A DNA stretch of 64,000 bases from an uncultured Gammaproteobacteria bacterium (lineage in GTDB: Bacteria > Patescibacteriota > Microgenomatia > Daviesbacterales > UBA10151): positions 50,786 to 114,785 of the forward strand of contig CAYMRP010000003.1 of NCBI GenBank assembly GCA_964392925.1, written 5' to 3'. Below the pieces are notes generated by a model. The model was not told the origin of the DNA. It saw nothing but the letters and a program-made list of their open reading frames with translations, and did not search any database. The translations under genes and the position numbers were made by a program. Of this stretch, positions 17,256 to 27,982 are shown one piece after another. Within the stretch, counting starts at the first letter, position 1. Each line of letters starts with the position of its first letter.

Positions 17256-18048
17256 AATGTTGAAGAAAATAGTTGAAGCGAATAGAGAAGATTTGAACTT
17301 ACGAAAAAAAGAGATTTCGCAAAAAGAGTTGGAAGAGAAATTATTTGGAATTACTAAATGTTTAGATTTTAGAAAAGTTTTTGAAACTGAGTTTGGAATT
17401 ATCGCAGAGATAAAACTAGCTTCACCATCAACTGGCGATTTAATAATGCCCGGGCAAATTTTACAAATTGTTGAAGATTACAAAAAAGGCGGGGCTAAGG
17501 CTATATCGGTCGTTACAGAGAAGCATTTTTTTAAAGGCGATATAAAACTTATAAAAGAAGTAAAACAGAAAACGGGGCTTCTTATTTTGCAAAAGGATTT
17601 TGTTGTTGATAGATATCAAATTCTTGAAGCCCGGATTGCGGGAGCAGATGCATTACTATTAATTGCAAAGATTTTAGATCCAGAGCAAATTAAGGAATTT
17701 GTGGAATTATGTTTTGAGTTGGGGATTGAACCGGTGGTAGAGATATATGATGAAGAAGATTTGATTAAAGCTCAGAATACTAAGACCCGGATTATCGCTG
17801 TTAATGCAAGGGACCTGAATACTTTTGAAATTAATATTGACAGAGCTTGTGAACTGATAAATAAGATTCCAGAAGATTTTTTGAGGTTGGGGTTTTCAGG
17901 GGTTAATACGAAAGAGGAGATTTTAAAGTATAAAAAGGCAGGAGCTAGAGGAGTTCTGATAGGGAGTAGTTTGATTAAGGCTTTGGATAGAGTAAAATTT
18001 TTGGAGGAATTAAGTGATTTTGCATCCACTGGAGATAAGAATGATTAA
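17248..18048 (+). CDS. trpC: Indole-3-glycerol phosphate synthase
   Basis: IAEIKLASPSTGDL…AISVVTEKHFFKGD…LILQKDFVVD…IAVNARDL is the typical IGPS TIM-barrel. 8-nt overlap with trpD. Confidence 0.9.
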   Translation: MNEMLKKIVEANREDLNLRKKEISQKELEEKLFGITKCLDFRKVFETEFGIIAEIKLASPSTGDLIMPGQILQIVEDYKKGGAKAISVVTEKHFFKGDIKLIKEVKQKTGLLILQKDFVVDRYQILEARIAGADALLLIAKILDPEQIKEFVELCFELGIEPVVEIYDEEDLIKAQNTKTRIIAVNARDLNTFEINIDRACELINKIPEDFLRLGFSGVNTKEEILKYKKAGARGVLIGSSLIKALDRVKFLEELSDFASTGDKND

Positions 18049-18649
18049 TGTCAAAATTTGCGGTATAAGATCGGATATGGCGGCCAAGACCGCGGTTTAT
18101 TCAGGAGCAAAATTTTTAGGATTTAATTTTGCGTCCGGATCAAAGCGGAGAATAACGCCAGTGTTTGCCAAGCAGATAATTGATCAAATTAAAAATCAAG
18201 TTAATGTGGTTGGGGTATTTCAAAACCAGAAAGCAGAAGAAGTTAATAAAATTGCGGAGATGCTTGATTTAGATTATGTCCAACTTCATGGTGATGAGGA
18301 TGAGGAATATGTCAAAGAGATAGAAAGGCCTGTTATAAAAGTTTTGCAACTTGATCCGGATTTTAATATAACTACGGTTTTAAAAGAAATGAATAAATAT
18401 CAAGCCGAATATTTTTTATTGGATCGCAAAAAGCAAGGAAAAGGTAAAATGCTGGATACGAAAAGCCTAAGTGTTGTTTGTAAGGAGAAAAAAATATTTG
18501 TGGCCGGAGGATTAACTTGTGAGAATGTGGCTAATGTTATTAGCTCTGTAAATCCATTTGGGGTTGATGTGGCATCGGGAATTGAGACGAATCGAATAGA
18601 AGACACAGAGAAAATAAAATTATTTATGGAAAGGGCAAAAGGAGCATAG
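18041..18649 (+). CDS. trpF: Phosphoribosylanthranilate isomerase
   Basis: MINVKICGI N-terminus and …VQLHGDE…FVAGGL… Overlaps trpC by 8 nt. Confidence 0.85.
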   Translation: MINVKICGIRSDMAAKTAVYSGAKFLGFNFASGSKRRITPVFAKQIIDQIKNQVNVVGVFQNQKAEEVNKIAEMLDLDYVQLHGDEDEEYVKEIERPVIKVLQLDPDFNITTVLKEMNKYQAEYFLLDRKKQGKGKMLDTKSLSVVCKEKKIFVAGGLTCENVANVISSVNPFGVDVASGIETNRIEDTEKIKLFMERAKGA

Positions 18650-18685
18650 GAGAGTAGGTATTTTCTCGCTGCACTCGAAAAATAT

Positions 18686-19912
18686 ATGATGAAAAGGGGA
18701 AAGTTTGGACAATATGGTGGGCGGTATGTACCGGAGATGTTGATTCCGGCGCTTGAAGAATTGGAAACGGCTTATGATGAGGCGAAAAAAGATCCGGAAT
18801 TTAAGAATGAATTTCTGGACTTATTAAAGAACTTTTGTGGACGGCCAACACCGCTCACATATGCTGCAAATTTAACTAAGCTGTTAGGGGGAGCAAAAAT
18901 TTATTTAAAGAATGAAGGACTCAATCATACAGGAGCTCATAAAATAACTCATTGTGTTGGTCAGGGACTACTAGCTAAAAGAATGGGTAAGACAAGGATA
19001 ATTGCGGAAACTGGGGCTGGGCAGCATGGTTTGGCATCGGCGACTGTGGCGGCCAAACTGGGAATGAAATGTACTGTTTTTATGGGTGAAGTGGATTATA
19101 ACAGGCAGAGGCCAAATGCTTTTTGGATGGAACAACTAGGAGCTGAAGTAGTACCTGTTAAATTTGGATCAAGAACTTTGAAAGATGCTGTTAATGCAGC
19201 GATTAAAGACTGGATTGAAAATGTTGATGATTCTTATTATCTTTTGGGATCGGTTGTTGGGCCGCATCCTTATCCGACAATGACTCGGGATTTTCAAGCT
19301 ATTGTTTCAAAAGAAGTTAAAGAGCAAATACAAAAATTTGAGGATAGGTTACCAGATGTGGTGATAGCTTGTGTTGGCGGAGGCAGTAACGCAATGGGGA
19401 TTTTTTCAGGATTTCTAAGTGATAAAAATATAAGATTGATTGGAGTTGAAGCAGGTGGAAAAGGGAAAGGAATAGGCAATAACGCTGTCAGATTTGAGGG
19501 AGGAACTGTGGGGATTGTTGAAGGATATAAATCCTATTTTCTTCAGGACTCAGATGGACAGTTAAATAGAACTCATTCAATTTCGGCAGGGCTTGATTAC
19601 GCAGGTATAGGGCCGGAGTTAGCTGATTTGCATGATAAAAAACGGGTTGAGTTTGTTTCTGTGACAGATAAAGAAGTGATAGAAGCTTTTCAAACATTGG
19701 CACATTCGGAAGGGATCATTCCGGCTTTAGAATCAGCACATGCTGTGGCTCAGGCTATAAAAATTGCTCCAACTTTAAAAAAATCACAAGTGATTGTGGT
19801 GAACTTATCAGGTCGAGGAGATAAGGATTTATTTATAGTGGCTAAAGCAATGAAGGATAAGAAATTTAAGAAGTTTTTAGAGGAGTATTTGGGAGGTTAC
19901 GATCAGGATTAG
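18686..19912 (+). CDS. trpB: Tryptophan synthase beta chain
   Basis: PLP Lys motif LNHTGAHKITH, and GGGSNAMG. Confidence 0.95.
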   Translation: MMKRGKFGQYGGRYVPEMLIPALEELETAYDEAKKDPEFKNEFLDLLKNFCGRPTPLTYAANLTKLLGGAKIYLKNEGLNHTGAHKITHCVGQGLLAKRMGKTRIIAETGAGQHGLASATVAAKLGMKCTVFMGEVDYNRQRPNAFWMEQLGAEVVPVKFGSRTLKDAVNAAIKDWIENVDDSYYLLGSVVGPHPYPTMTRDFQAIVSKEVKEQIQKFEDRLPDVVIACVGGGSNAMGIFSGFLSDKNIRLIGVEAGGKGKGIGNNAVRFEGGTVGIVEGYKSYFLQDSDGQLNRTHSISAGLDYAGIGPELADLHDKKRVEFVSVTDKEVIEAFQTLAHSEGIIPALESAHAVAQAIKIAPTLKKSQVIVVNLSGRGDKDLFIVAKAMKDKKFKKFLEEYLGGYDQD

Positions 19913-19945
19913 GCGGTATTTTCTCGGCTTGCTCGAAAAGTATTT

Positions 19946-20680
19946 ATGAAATTGATGACACATGTAGTGGTGGGATACCCATCACTTAAAGAGACAGAGG
20001 ATTTAATTTTGCTAATGGATGAGGTTGGAGTAGATTATATAGAACTACAAATTCCATTCTCAGATCCGTTGGCCGATGGGCCGACAATTATGAAGGCCTG
20101 TGAAGAGTCTCTAAGAAATGGGACCAAAGTTGCTGATGCGTTTTTACTGGCATCAAAATTGAAGACTAAAACTAAAACCCCACTTTTATTTATGGCTTAT
20201 TTTAATACCGTCTTTCACTACGGCATTCAGAAGTTTTGTAAAGATGCAAAACGCGCCGGAATTGCCGGACTAATTGTGCCGGATTTTCCCCTTGAAGAGG
20301 AAGAAACAGAGCACTTTAATCAAATTCTAAAGCAGAATGGGCTATTAAATATAAAAGTATTGTCTCCTGCTTCAACAGAGGAGCGGATAAAAATGAATGC
20401 GGAAGTGGGGACCGGATTTGTATATTGCACAGCAAGGCAAGGAATCACCGGAGCCGAGAAAGGATTTGATCCGAAAGTGATTAAGTATCTAAAAACTGTT
20501 AAAAAACATTTTAAAATTCCGGTAGCATTAGGGTTTGGGATTTCAACTAAAGGACATATATCACAGATGGAAGGATTGGCTGATGTGGCAGTTGTTGGGA
20601 GCGCGATATTGGATATCATTAATTCGAATAGAAAAGAATATTTAAATAAAGTAAGAGACTTTTTGAAGGATCTGAGATAA
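19946..20680 (+). CDS. trpA: Tryptophan synthase alpha chain
   Basis: YIELQIPFSDPLADGPTI catalytic region and GFGIS. Confidence 0.9.
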   Translation: MKLMTHVVVGYPSLKETEDLILLMDEVGVDYIELQIPFSDPLADGPTIMKACEESLRNGTKVADAFLLASKLKTKTKTPLLFMAYFNTVFHYGIQKFCKDAKRAGIAGLIVPDFPLEEEETEHFNQILKQNGLLNIKVLSPASTEERIKMNAEVGTGFVYCTARQGITGAEKGFDPKVIKYLKTVKKHFKIPVALGFGISTKGHISQMEGLADVAVVGSAILDIINSNRKEYLNKVRDFLKDLR

Positions 20681-20695
20681 AATGAGGAAGATTAT

Positions 20696-21691
20696 ATGAA
20701 GAAAACAGTTTTGTCAGGAATAAGAGCTACAGGAAGATTGCATTTAGGTAACTATTTAGGGGCAGTTAAGGGAATGCTGGAGTTACAAGATAATCCAGAA
20801 TATGAAACATTCTATATGGTGGCGGATGTGCACACTATAACTACGCCATATAATATTGAGGAACTAAAGGTTAATAGACGGGAAGTTATTTTAGATTATC
20901 TGGCGGCAGGTCTTGATCCGGAAAGATCAGTTATATTCCAACAGGCAGAAGTTCCTGAGCATCTAGAGTTAGCATTTTATTTTTCATCGGCGGTAACTAT
21001 TGCGCGTATGCAACATTTACCGACATTTAAAGAAAAAGTTAAACAATATCCAGATAACGCGACGATGGCGCTTTTGAACTATCCAATATTAATGGCAGCT
21101 GATATTTTGATTTATAAAGCAGGACTGGTGCCTGTTGGAATCGATCAGGAGCCGCATTTGGAAGTTGCAAGGGTAATTGCAAATAATATGAATAATCTTT
21201 ATGGAACTGATTTTCCAGAACCGGTTAGGTTTGCCACAAAAGGAGAGTATGTGCCTTCTTTGACTGGTGAAGGGAAGATGAGTAAAACTGTAGAGGGAAG
21301 CTTTATAAATATTACGGATGATCTTGAGGTGATTAGAACAAAAGTTGCTAAATTACCAACAGATGCAGGGTCTGGGGTTTTAGGTGAGAATGGACCGGAA
21401 AAAGGAAGTCCTTTGCAGACAGTTTTGGCGTTTGTGGAATTGTTTCAGGGCAAGGAGAAGGCAGAGTTTTATAAAAAAATGTATATTAATGAAGGGATTA
21501 GATACGGTGACTTAAAAAGGGAGTTATCTGAGGCTATTTTTGACGAATTAAGACCACTACAGGAAAAAAGAAAAGAGCTTGAGAATAATCCTGAGTTTGT
21601 TGATAAGGTGATAAAAGAAGGGGCTGAAAAAGCGAGGGTTGTGGCGAGTAAGACATTAAGAGAAGTTAAGGAAAGAATGGGACTCACATAG
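20696..21691 (+). CDS. trpS: Tryptophanyl-tRNA synthetase
   Basis: Class I HIGH-region TGRLHLGNYLG, KMSKT, AADIL. 331 aa, typical bacterial TrpRS length. Confidence 0.9.
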   Translation: MKKTVLSGIRATGRLHLGNYLGAVKGMLELQDNPEYETFYMVADVHTITTPYNIEELKVNRREVILDYLAAGLDPERSVIFQQAEVPEHLELAFYFSSAVTIARMQHLPTFKEKVKQYPDNATMALLNYPILMAADILIYKAGLVPVGIDQEPHLEVARVIANNMNNLYGTDFPEPVRFATKGEYVPSLTGEGKMSKTVEGSFINITDDLEVIRTKVAKLPTDAGSGVLGENGPEKGSPLQTVLAFVELFQGKEKAEFYKKMYINEGIRYGDLKRELSEAIFDELRPLQEKRKELENNPEFVDKVIKEGAEKARVVASKTLREVKERMGLT

Positions 21692-21693
21692 AT

Positions 21694-22014
21694 ATGGCGA
21701 CGATTGATGATTTTGCAAAATTAGAAATAAAAGTGGGGACTGTTTTGGAGGCTGCGGAGATTGAAGGTTCGGAGAGACTTTTAAAGCTGATCGTCGATTT
21801 AGGAGAAGAAAGTCCAAGACAAATTCTTTCGGGAATTAAACAATGGTATGCACCGGAAGACTTAGTAGACAGACAGTTTGTTTTTATTGCTAATTTGGAG
21901 CCTAGAATGATGATGGGTTTGGAGTCACAGGGGATGATATTGGCTGCGGACGGTGAAAAACCAATTCCTCTAATACCATCAGAGAAAGTTCCTTCAGGTT
22001 CACGAATCCGCTAA
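21694..22014 (+). CDS. tRNA-binding domain protein (CsaA/Trbp111/Myf-domain)
   Basis: LEIKVGTVLEA…RLLKLIVDLGEE.PRQILSGIK…FVFIANLEPRMMMGLESQGMILAA is the OB-fold tRNA-binding (EMAP-II-like) domain. Immediately downstream of trpS. Confidence 0.7.
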   Translation: MATIDDFAKLEIKVGTVLEAAEIEGSERLLKLIVDLGEESPRQILSGIKQWYAPEDLVDRQFVFIANLEPRMMMGLESQGMILAADGEKPIPLIPSEKVPSGSRIR

Positions 22015-22024
22015 AATAGATTTA

Positions 22025-23410
22025 ATGTCCAAGATAATATGGCCAGTGATACTGATTGCACTTCTTAGTTTTTTAACTTTTGGTCCAATTGATACTCAAT
22101 TTAAAAGAGCTGCTTCGCGATATACGGGACTGGCGACTTTGAGTATTCCAATTTCTGGAACTGGATCGATGTTTCCGACTTTTCCTAAAGGTGTCGGTAA
22201 AACTCCTAAAGAATTATCAGATGAGTTAGTGGCAAGAGTCGATATGTATGTCTACCCAAATCCAAGATTTAAGCCGGGGCGTGGTGATATTGTGGAGTTT
22301 CAAAATGCTAAAACTAATGAGATTGAAACTAAAGAGTATGGGTCGGATGATGTAGCAGGTTTTGTAAAAAGAATAGTCGGTTTACCTGGCGAAACAATTG
22401 AGATTAGAGATGGTCAGGTACTAATAGGAGATAATGTGCTTGATGAGCCATATATTGCTCTAGCCCGGTCGACTTTTGGTGGGGAAGCAATTGCTGATTG
22501 TGCAAGAACTAATATTCCTCAAGGCAAATATTTAGTTTTGGGGGATAATCGAAAAGCGAGTAATGATTCAAGGCATGATGTCGGATTAATTGATGAAAAA
22601 GATATTGGATTTATTTTGCCGGTGCAAAATCAAAAAGGCGTGTGGGATAAGAATTATAGAGACACCTCAAAAGACTCAGATCAGTCCTCGAAGATTCATC
22701 TAGATAAAGATAAATATGTGGAGTTTTTAAATTCGCTGCGTGAAGAAGCTGGTCTTAAGCCGCTTAAGTATGAAAAAAAGCTAGAGAATTCAGCGAGACT
22801 TAGAGGTTCTCAGATGCTTAAATATGATGATTTTTCTTTCGAAGCTTCGAAATCCGGATATACGATGGACAAGGCTTTTTTAGAGGCGAATTATTGGAAT
22901 CCGGTAAAAGGGGAAAGCACGATTCAGGGATATTATTCTTCTGAGGAATTGATTGAAGGGATAATAGCATTTAACAAAACGGGCAGTATTTTGACTGATA
23001 AAGATATCCAAGAGATCGGGATATCAGAAGTTCAAGGTGAGGTGAATGGCTGTCCGACACAGGTAATTGTTCAGCATTTTGCTGGCTATACACCACCTAA
23101 TTATCCGGCTGACCAGGTGGATTCGTTTAGAAATGGACTAATTAATCTTAAAAAAGTTCAGATCTCGTGGGGTGAATTAAGAAATGACCCATCAAATAGC
23201 GAATTTTATAATCAGAATAAACAGGATATAGACAGGTTAAATGAGATTATTAGTATACGGATTTCCCGGTTGGAACCGATTGTGAATAAGGTTGTTTCAA
23301 ACGTTTGGTTAAGTCCTATTGAGAATAATTATATTAAAGAAGATGAGGGGCTGGCCGTGGAGCAAAATAGTTTGGCAGGTAAGATTAATCAAGCAATACA
23401 AAGGTTCTAA
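22025..23410 (+). CDS. lepB: Signal peptidase I (S26) fused to a C-terminal CAP/YkwD-like (SCP/PR-1) domain
   Basis: N-terminal TM. Box B GSMFPTF (Ser), box D GDNRKASNDSR (Lys), box E. The C-terminal ~230 aa (…LREEAGLKPLKYEKKLENSARLRGSQMLKYDDFSF…GYYSSEELIEGII…VNGCPTQVIVQHFA) resembles bacterial CAP/YkwD domains. Confidence 0.7.
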   Translation: MSKIIWPVILIALLSFLTFGPIDTQFKRAASRYTGLATLSIPISGTGSMFPTFPKGVGKTPKELSDELVARVDMYVYPNPRFKPGRGDIVEFQNAKTNEIETKEYGSDDVAGFVKRIVGLPGETIEIRDGQVLIGDNVLDEPYIALARSTFGGEAIADCARTNIPQGKYLVLGDNRKASNDSRHDVGLIDEKDIGFILPVQNQKGVWDKNYRDTSKDSDQSSKIHLDKDKYVEFLNSLREEAGLKPLKYEKKLENSARLRGSQMLKYDDFSFEASKSGYTMDKAFLEANYWNPVKGESTIQGYYSSEELIEGIIAFNKTGSILTDKDIQEIGISEVQGEVNGCPTQVIVQHFAGYTPPNYPADQVDSFRNGLINLKKVQISWGELRNDPSNSEFYNQNKQDIDRLNEIISIRISRLEPIVNKVVSNVWLSPIENNYIKEDEGLAVEQNSLAGKINQAIQRF

Positions 23411-23485
23411 ACATCAAATTCAGGCGCAGTGGCGGAATATAGACATGAGTGATATACTTGGCCTCGATGTGGTGTAAATAACTTT

Positions 23486-25384
23486 ATGAAGCTTCCTAAA
23501 ACAAAACTCCCAGCATTTCCAGCCAAGAAAAACGGTAAAAATAACCGAATGAATTCAGTTTTTAAAACAATAGGTATTTATGTGCTGATTGGTTTAGCAG
23601 TGATGCTTTTTATGAATGGCATTTCGGGATCAGGATCAAATGGTGATGAAGTTGCGTTATCTCAGGTTATAAACGAGATTAAGGAAGAAAAAGTTGAGAA
23701 AGTGAGCCTTGAGGGAGAGAAAGTCTTAATAGATTATAAAGATTCAGATAAAACTGCTGTAAGCCGGAAAGAAGCCGGGGAATCAATATACAGAATTTTT
23801 GAGAGTGCAGGAGTTGATCCAGCCAAGGTGAATATTGAGGTAAAGGATATGTCCTGGCAGCAGAACTGGATCGCAATCTTAGGCACAGTATTACCTATTT
23901 TAATAATGGTTGGATTTTTCTTCTTAATATTTAGGCAGGCTAAAGATGGGGCACAAGGAATTTTTTCGTTTGGACAATCAAGAGCCAGATTATTCACCAA
24001 AGATCAGCCGCAGATTAAATTTACGGATGTGGCTGGAGTTGATGAGGCTAAGAAGGAGCTAGAAGAGGTTGTAGATTTTCTTAAAAATCCAGGTAAATAT
24101 AAAGAGATCGGAGCGAGAACTCCAAAAGGAGTATTGCTAGTGGGACCTCCTGGAACTGGAAAAACATTGCTTTCAAGAGCAATTGCTGGAGAGGCAGGAG
24201 TGCCATTCTTCTCGATTGCCGGATCTGAATTTATGGAGATGTTGGTTGGAGTTGGTGCTGCCCGTGTTCGTGATATGTTTGCTCAAGCTAAAAAGAACGC
24301 CCCAGGAATTATTTTTATTGACGAAATAGAATCTATTGGTCGTGCCCGAGGGAATGGTATGGGGGGCGGTCATGACGAGCGTGAACAAACATTAAATCAG
24401 ATCTTGGTGGAAATGGATGGTTTTGCGCCGAATGAATCAGTAATTGTGGTGGCCGCAACGAATAGGCCTGATCTACTAGATCCAGCATTAGTTCGTCCGG
24501 GTCGGTTTGATAGAAGAGTGGTGATTGGATTTCCGGATCTGCATGAACGTGAAGAGATTATAAAGCTGCATATGAAGGGCAAACCTTTTACAAAAGATGC
24601 TGATATGCATAGACTCGCCAGAAGAACAGTGGGGTTTTCAGGAGCTGATTTGGCTAATATGTTAAATGAGGCGGCAATTTTGGCAGCCCGTGAAGGTAAA
24701 AAAGAAATTGGTCCGATTGAGCTTGAGGAAGCAGCGACAAAAGTTAAAATGGGTCCCCAAAGAAAAAGAATGCAGTCAGAAAGAGATAGAAATTTGGCTG
24801 CGTATCACGAAGCTGGGCATGCAATGGTGGGACATATGTTGCCAATGGTTGATCCAGTTCACAGGATTACCATTGTTTCGCGTGGTATGAGTGGAGGGCA
24901 TACGATGTTTCCACCAACAGAGGACAGATCTAATGAAACAAAGTCCAGACTTCTTCAGCAAATCGCAACTGCTTTAGGCGGAAGAGCAGCAGAAGAGCTA
25001 ATCTTTAAAGATGTATCAACAGGCGCTTCGAATGATATGGAAGTAGCGACAAATATCGCTCGGGAAATGGTTACATCTTACGGAATGAGTGGATTAGGGC
25101 CGATTAATATCGCACCAAGAGGTGGAAACTTTGGAATGTACCGGGAAGAAGGGGCGAATGTTTCGGAGGCTTTGCAAAGCAAAATTGATACTGAGATTTC
25201 AAAGATTATTGATGAAGCTTATAAAGAAGCGAAATTAATACTTAGCAAGAATAAGGGGAAGCTTGATAAGACAGCTAAGGCATTACTGGAGAAAGAAACT
25301 TTAGACACTGATGAATTTGAAAGAATTGTGGGAAAAAAGAAAACATTAGAGGCTAAATCTACGACTTCTCCAGTGCTGGCATAA
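23486..25384 (+). CDS. ftsH: ATP-dependent zinc metalloprotease FtsH
   Basis: TM N-terminus. AAA Walker A GPPGTGKT, Walker [18 protein letters not shown] zinc motif. Confidence 0.95.
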   Translation: MKLPKTKLPAFPAKKNGKNNRMNSVFKTIGIYVLIGLAVMLFMNGISGSGSNGDEVALSQVINEIKEEKVEKVSLEGEKVLIDYKDSDKTAVSRKEAGESIYRIFESAGVDPAKVNIEVKDMSWQQNWIAILGTVLPILIMVGFFFLIFRQAKDGAQGIFSFGQSRARLFTKDQPQIKFTDVAGVDEAKKELEEVVDFLKNPGKYKEIGARTPKGVLLVGPPGTGKTLLSRAIAGEAGVPFFSIAGSEFMEMLVGVGAARVRDMFAQAKKNAPGIIFIDEIESIGRARGNGMGGGHDEREQTLNQILVEMDGFAPNESVIVVAATNRPDLLDPALVRPGRFDRRVVIGFPDLHEREEIIKLHMKGKPFTKDADMHRLARRTVGFSGADLANMLNEAAILAAREGKKEIGPIELEEAATKVKMGPQRKRMQSERDRNLAAYHEAGHAMVGHMLPMVDPVHRITIVSRGMSGGHTMFPPTEDRSNETKSRLLQQIATALGGRAAEELIFKDVSTGASNDMEVATNIAREMVTSYGMSGLGPINIAPRGGNFGMYREEGANVSEALQSKIDTEISKIIDEAYKEAKLILSKNKGKLDKTAKALLEKETLDTDEFERIVGKKKTLEAKSTTSPVLA

Positions 25385-25400
25385 CTTAAGAGATAAGTAT

Positions 25401-27155
25401 TTATTCGACTATGAAACCCTTAACTTGGTGATCCCAGATTTTCTTGAAAAGTCCTTTTGGTTTTTTTAGAAGTTCTTCAGGGGTTCCATCTTCTGCTATT
25501 TTTCCTTGATCTATAAAAATAATTCTGTCCATCTTTTTTAAAGTTGAAAGGCGGTGAGCAATTGCTATAACGGTTTTATTTTTCATTAGTTGGTTGAGTG
25601 ATATTTGGATTGCGTGCTCACTAGCGCTATCTAAGCTGCTGGTTGCTTCATCTAAAATTAGAATAGGAGAATTCTTTAGAAAGGCCCTGGCGATAGCTAC
25701 TCTTTGTCTTTGGCCCCCGGAAAGTTTGACACCTCTTTCTCCAACGAGAGTCTCGTATCCGCTAGGTAAATTCATAATGAAATCATGGGCCTCGGCGAGT
25801 TTAGCTGCATTTTTTATATCAATAATAGTGGCTTCTGGATTACTGTAACCAATGTTTTCGCTAATAGTTCTATGGAATAAACTTGTATCTTGAGGAACAA
25901 AGGCAACTCCACGTCTTAGGCTATCAAGGCTAATTTTGGAAATACTTTCACCATCAATTTTTATATCGCCGTTTACAACTTCGAAATGACGAAGTAAAAG
26001 CGAGACAAAGGTCGTTTTACCTGCGCCGCTTTTTCCAACCAATCCAACTTTTTGGCCTGCTGGAATTGTGAGTGAGAAGTTTTTAAAAACAGTTGAGTTG
26101 TCATAATCAAAATCTACTGATTCAATTGAAATCTCCCCTTTAAGAATATTGAAATTAATGACACCTGGAGCATCGGTGATTGTATGCTCACTGAGTATCT
26201 CTTCTAAGCCTTCTTTGGTCTCTCCGTAGTCACGGGCTGCCTGTTTAATTTGTTGGCCAATGGCAAAAAGTCCCTGACTTAAATCAACAACCATAGCAAT
26301 CACCATGACTATAACGCCGATACTGACGAGCCCATTCTGGAATAGATATACAGAAGAGGCGATCATCAAGAGCATGAATAGAGAAATCATGAACCCGTTG
26401 ATTACTAGAACCCATTCACTAAACCGCCACTGTGAGAGAGAGGCTTCTGTCTGCTTGTCAACATATTTTTTAATATACTGTCTTTCTCCGCCGACGAAGG
26501 CATTTTCATGAACAAGTGAGATGTTAGATAGGGAGTCTACAATTTTACCCCGCAACACAGACATGGATTTGGCAAATCTTACAGAATAAGATTTCATTTT
26601 TAATGCCAGGTAAAAATTGAGTGATAAAAAAATTAGAGACCAGATTAAAAGAATACCTCCAAGTAAAATGTTTTCCATAAATGAAATTACTGCATAACTA
26701 AAAAGACCAATTGCTATCGGTATAAATTCCCATAAGAGTCTTTCAAATAAACTTCTTGAGCCTTCGACGGCATTGGAGACTTTGCTTGAGAGGGCACCTG
26801 CGAAGCGGTTGTTGAAGTAATCCTTACTGTGAAGGGTTAAATAGTTGTACAAAGACTGATAAGCGTAAGAGCGAAAACTAGTAAACCATCGCATACCAGC
26901 AAATCCGCTGCTGCGCCACAGACTTCTGCCTATAAAATGAACAGCGGGGAATAATAGTGCCCAAAACCAAATGGCACTAAAATCAGCTGGGTTATTAGTC
27001 AAGCTATTTGTTAAATTGCGCAAAATTACTACATGGAATCTATCCAGCCCTGTGGCTAGAAGTGCAAAAAATAAAGCAGGGAGTGCCCACTTAAGGTATG
27101 GTCTTGAAGCAAATAATCCAAATTTAAATGGATTCCGGGGAATTCTATCGGGCAT
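25401..27155 (-). CDS. ABC exporter, fused permease-ATPase (MsbA-like)
   Basis: Six-TM N-terminal domain. Walker A GKSGAGKTT, signature LSGGQRQR, Walker B ILILDEATS. Confidence 0.85.
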   Translation of the reverse strand: MPDRIPRNPFKFGLFASRPYLKWALPALFFALLATGLDRFHVVILRNLTNSLTNNPADFSAIWFWALLFPAVHFIGRSLWRSSGFAGMRWFTSFRSYAYQSLYNYLTLHSKDYFNNRFAGALSSKVSNAVEGSRSLFERLLWEFIPIAIGLFSYAVISFMENILLGGILLIWSLIFLSLNFYLALKMKSYSVRFAKSMSVLRGKIVDSLSNISLVHENAFVGGERQYIKKYVDKQTEASLSQWRFSEWVLVINGFMISLFMLLMIASSVYLFQNGLVSIGVIVMVIAMVVDLSQGLFAIGQQIKQAARDYGETKEGLEEILSEHTITDAPGVINFNILKGEISIESVDFDYDNSTVFKNFSLTIPAGQKVGLVGKSGAGKTTFVSLLLRHFEVVNGDIKIDGESISKISLDSLRRGVAFVPQDTSLFHRTISENIGYSNPEATIIDIKNAAKLAEAHDFIMNLPSGYETLVGERGVKLSGGQRQRVAIARAFLKNSPILILDEATSSLDSASEHAIQISLNQLMKNKTVIAIAHRLSTLKKMDRIIFIDQGKIAEDGTPEELLKKPKGLFKKIWDHQVKGFIVE

Positions 27156-27223
27156 TAAGGAATTATATCAGCTTCTGTTGTCTGGTTATCGAAAGCATCC
27201 GAGGAAATGGTAGAATATAGCTT

Positions 27224-27982
27224 ATGGGGAAACGGTTAATTGATTTGGCAATCGTGATTCCAACACTTAACGAAGAAAAATATATTGGCGGATTACTAAA
27301 TTCAATTGCCCGACAAACAATTCAGCCTAAAGAAGTAGTGGTAGTAGATGCTTTTTCGAAGGATAAAACTGAAGAAGAGGTTAAAAGTTGGTTTAAAAAA
27401 ATTCCCCAATTAAAATTTTATCAAACTCCAAAGCACACAATCTCGAGGCAAAGAAATTTAGGGGTAAAGAAAACTAAAGCTTCACGAATATTATTTTTAG
27501 ATGCGGATACGGCTTTAATTGATGACGATACGTTGGAGAAATACCTAGAAGAGGTGGAAGAGAAATCAGCTGAACTAGCTGTGGCCTGTAACTATCCATT
27601 ATCAGAGCACTGGAAGGATAAGGCTTATTTTCAGGCTGCTAATTTAACTACTAAAGTGGGTAAACATGTTTGGCCGATGGCAGTTGGGATAAATCTATTT
27701 TGTTTAAGAAAGGTTTTTGAAAGGCTGCACGGATTTGATGAAAAGATTAAAGTAGGTGAGGATATTGAAATGGTGCAGCGTTTTGCAAAAGCTGGAGTTA
27801 GGTATGAAGTATTGGAAGAACCAAAAATTCACACCTCGGTTAGGAGATTGCGTAAAGAAGGGAGAATAAGGTTTGTGTTGATGATGATTAATTCTTTTTT
27901 TGCAGCCCATATCTATGGCTATAGTAAGAATCCAGTTGCTAAAGGATATGAATTTGGGAAGCATCCTCACTTTGATAATTAA
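27224..27982 (+). CDS. Glycosyltransferase family 2
   Basis: LAIVIPTLNEEKYIGGLLNSIARQT, DAFSKD and LFLDADT (DxD) motifs. Confidence 0.75.
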   Translation: MGKRLIDLAIVIPTLNEEKYIGGLLNSIARQTIQPKEVVVVDAFSKDKTEEEVKSWFKKIPQLKFYQTPKHTISRQRNLGVKKTKASRILFLDADTALIDDDTLEKYLEEVEEKSAELAVACNYPLSEHWKDKAYFQAANLTTKVGKHVWPMAVGINLFCLRKVFERLHGFDEKIKVGEDIEMVQRFAKAGVRYEVLEEPKIHTSVRRLRKEGRIRFVLMMINSFFAAHIYGYSKNPVAKGYEFGKHPHFDN

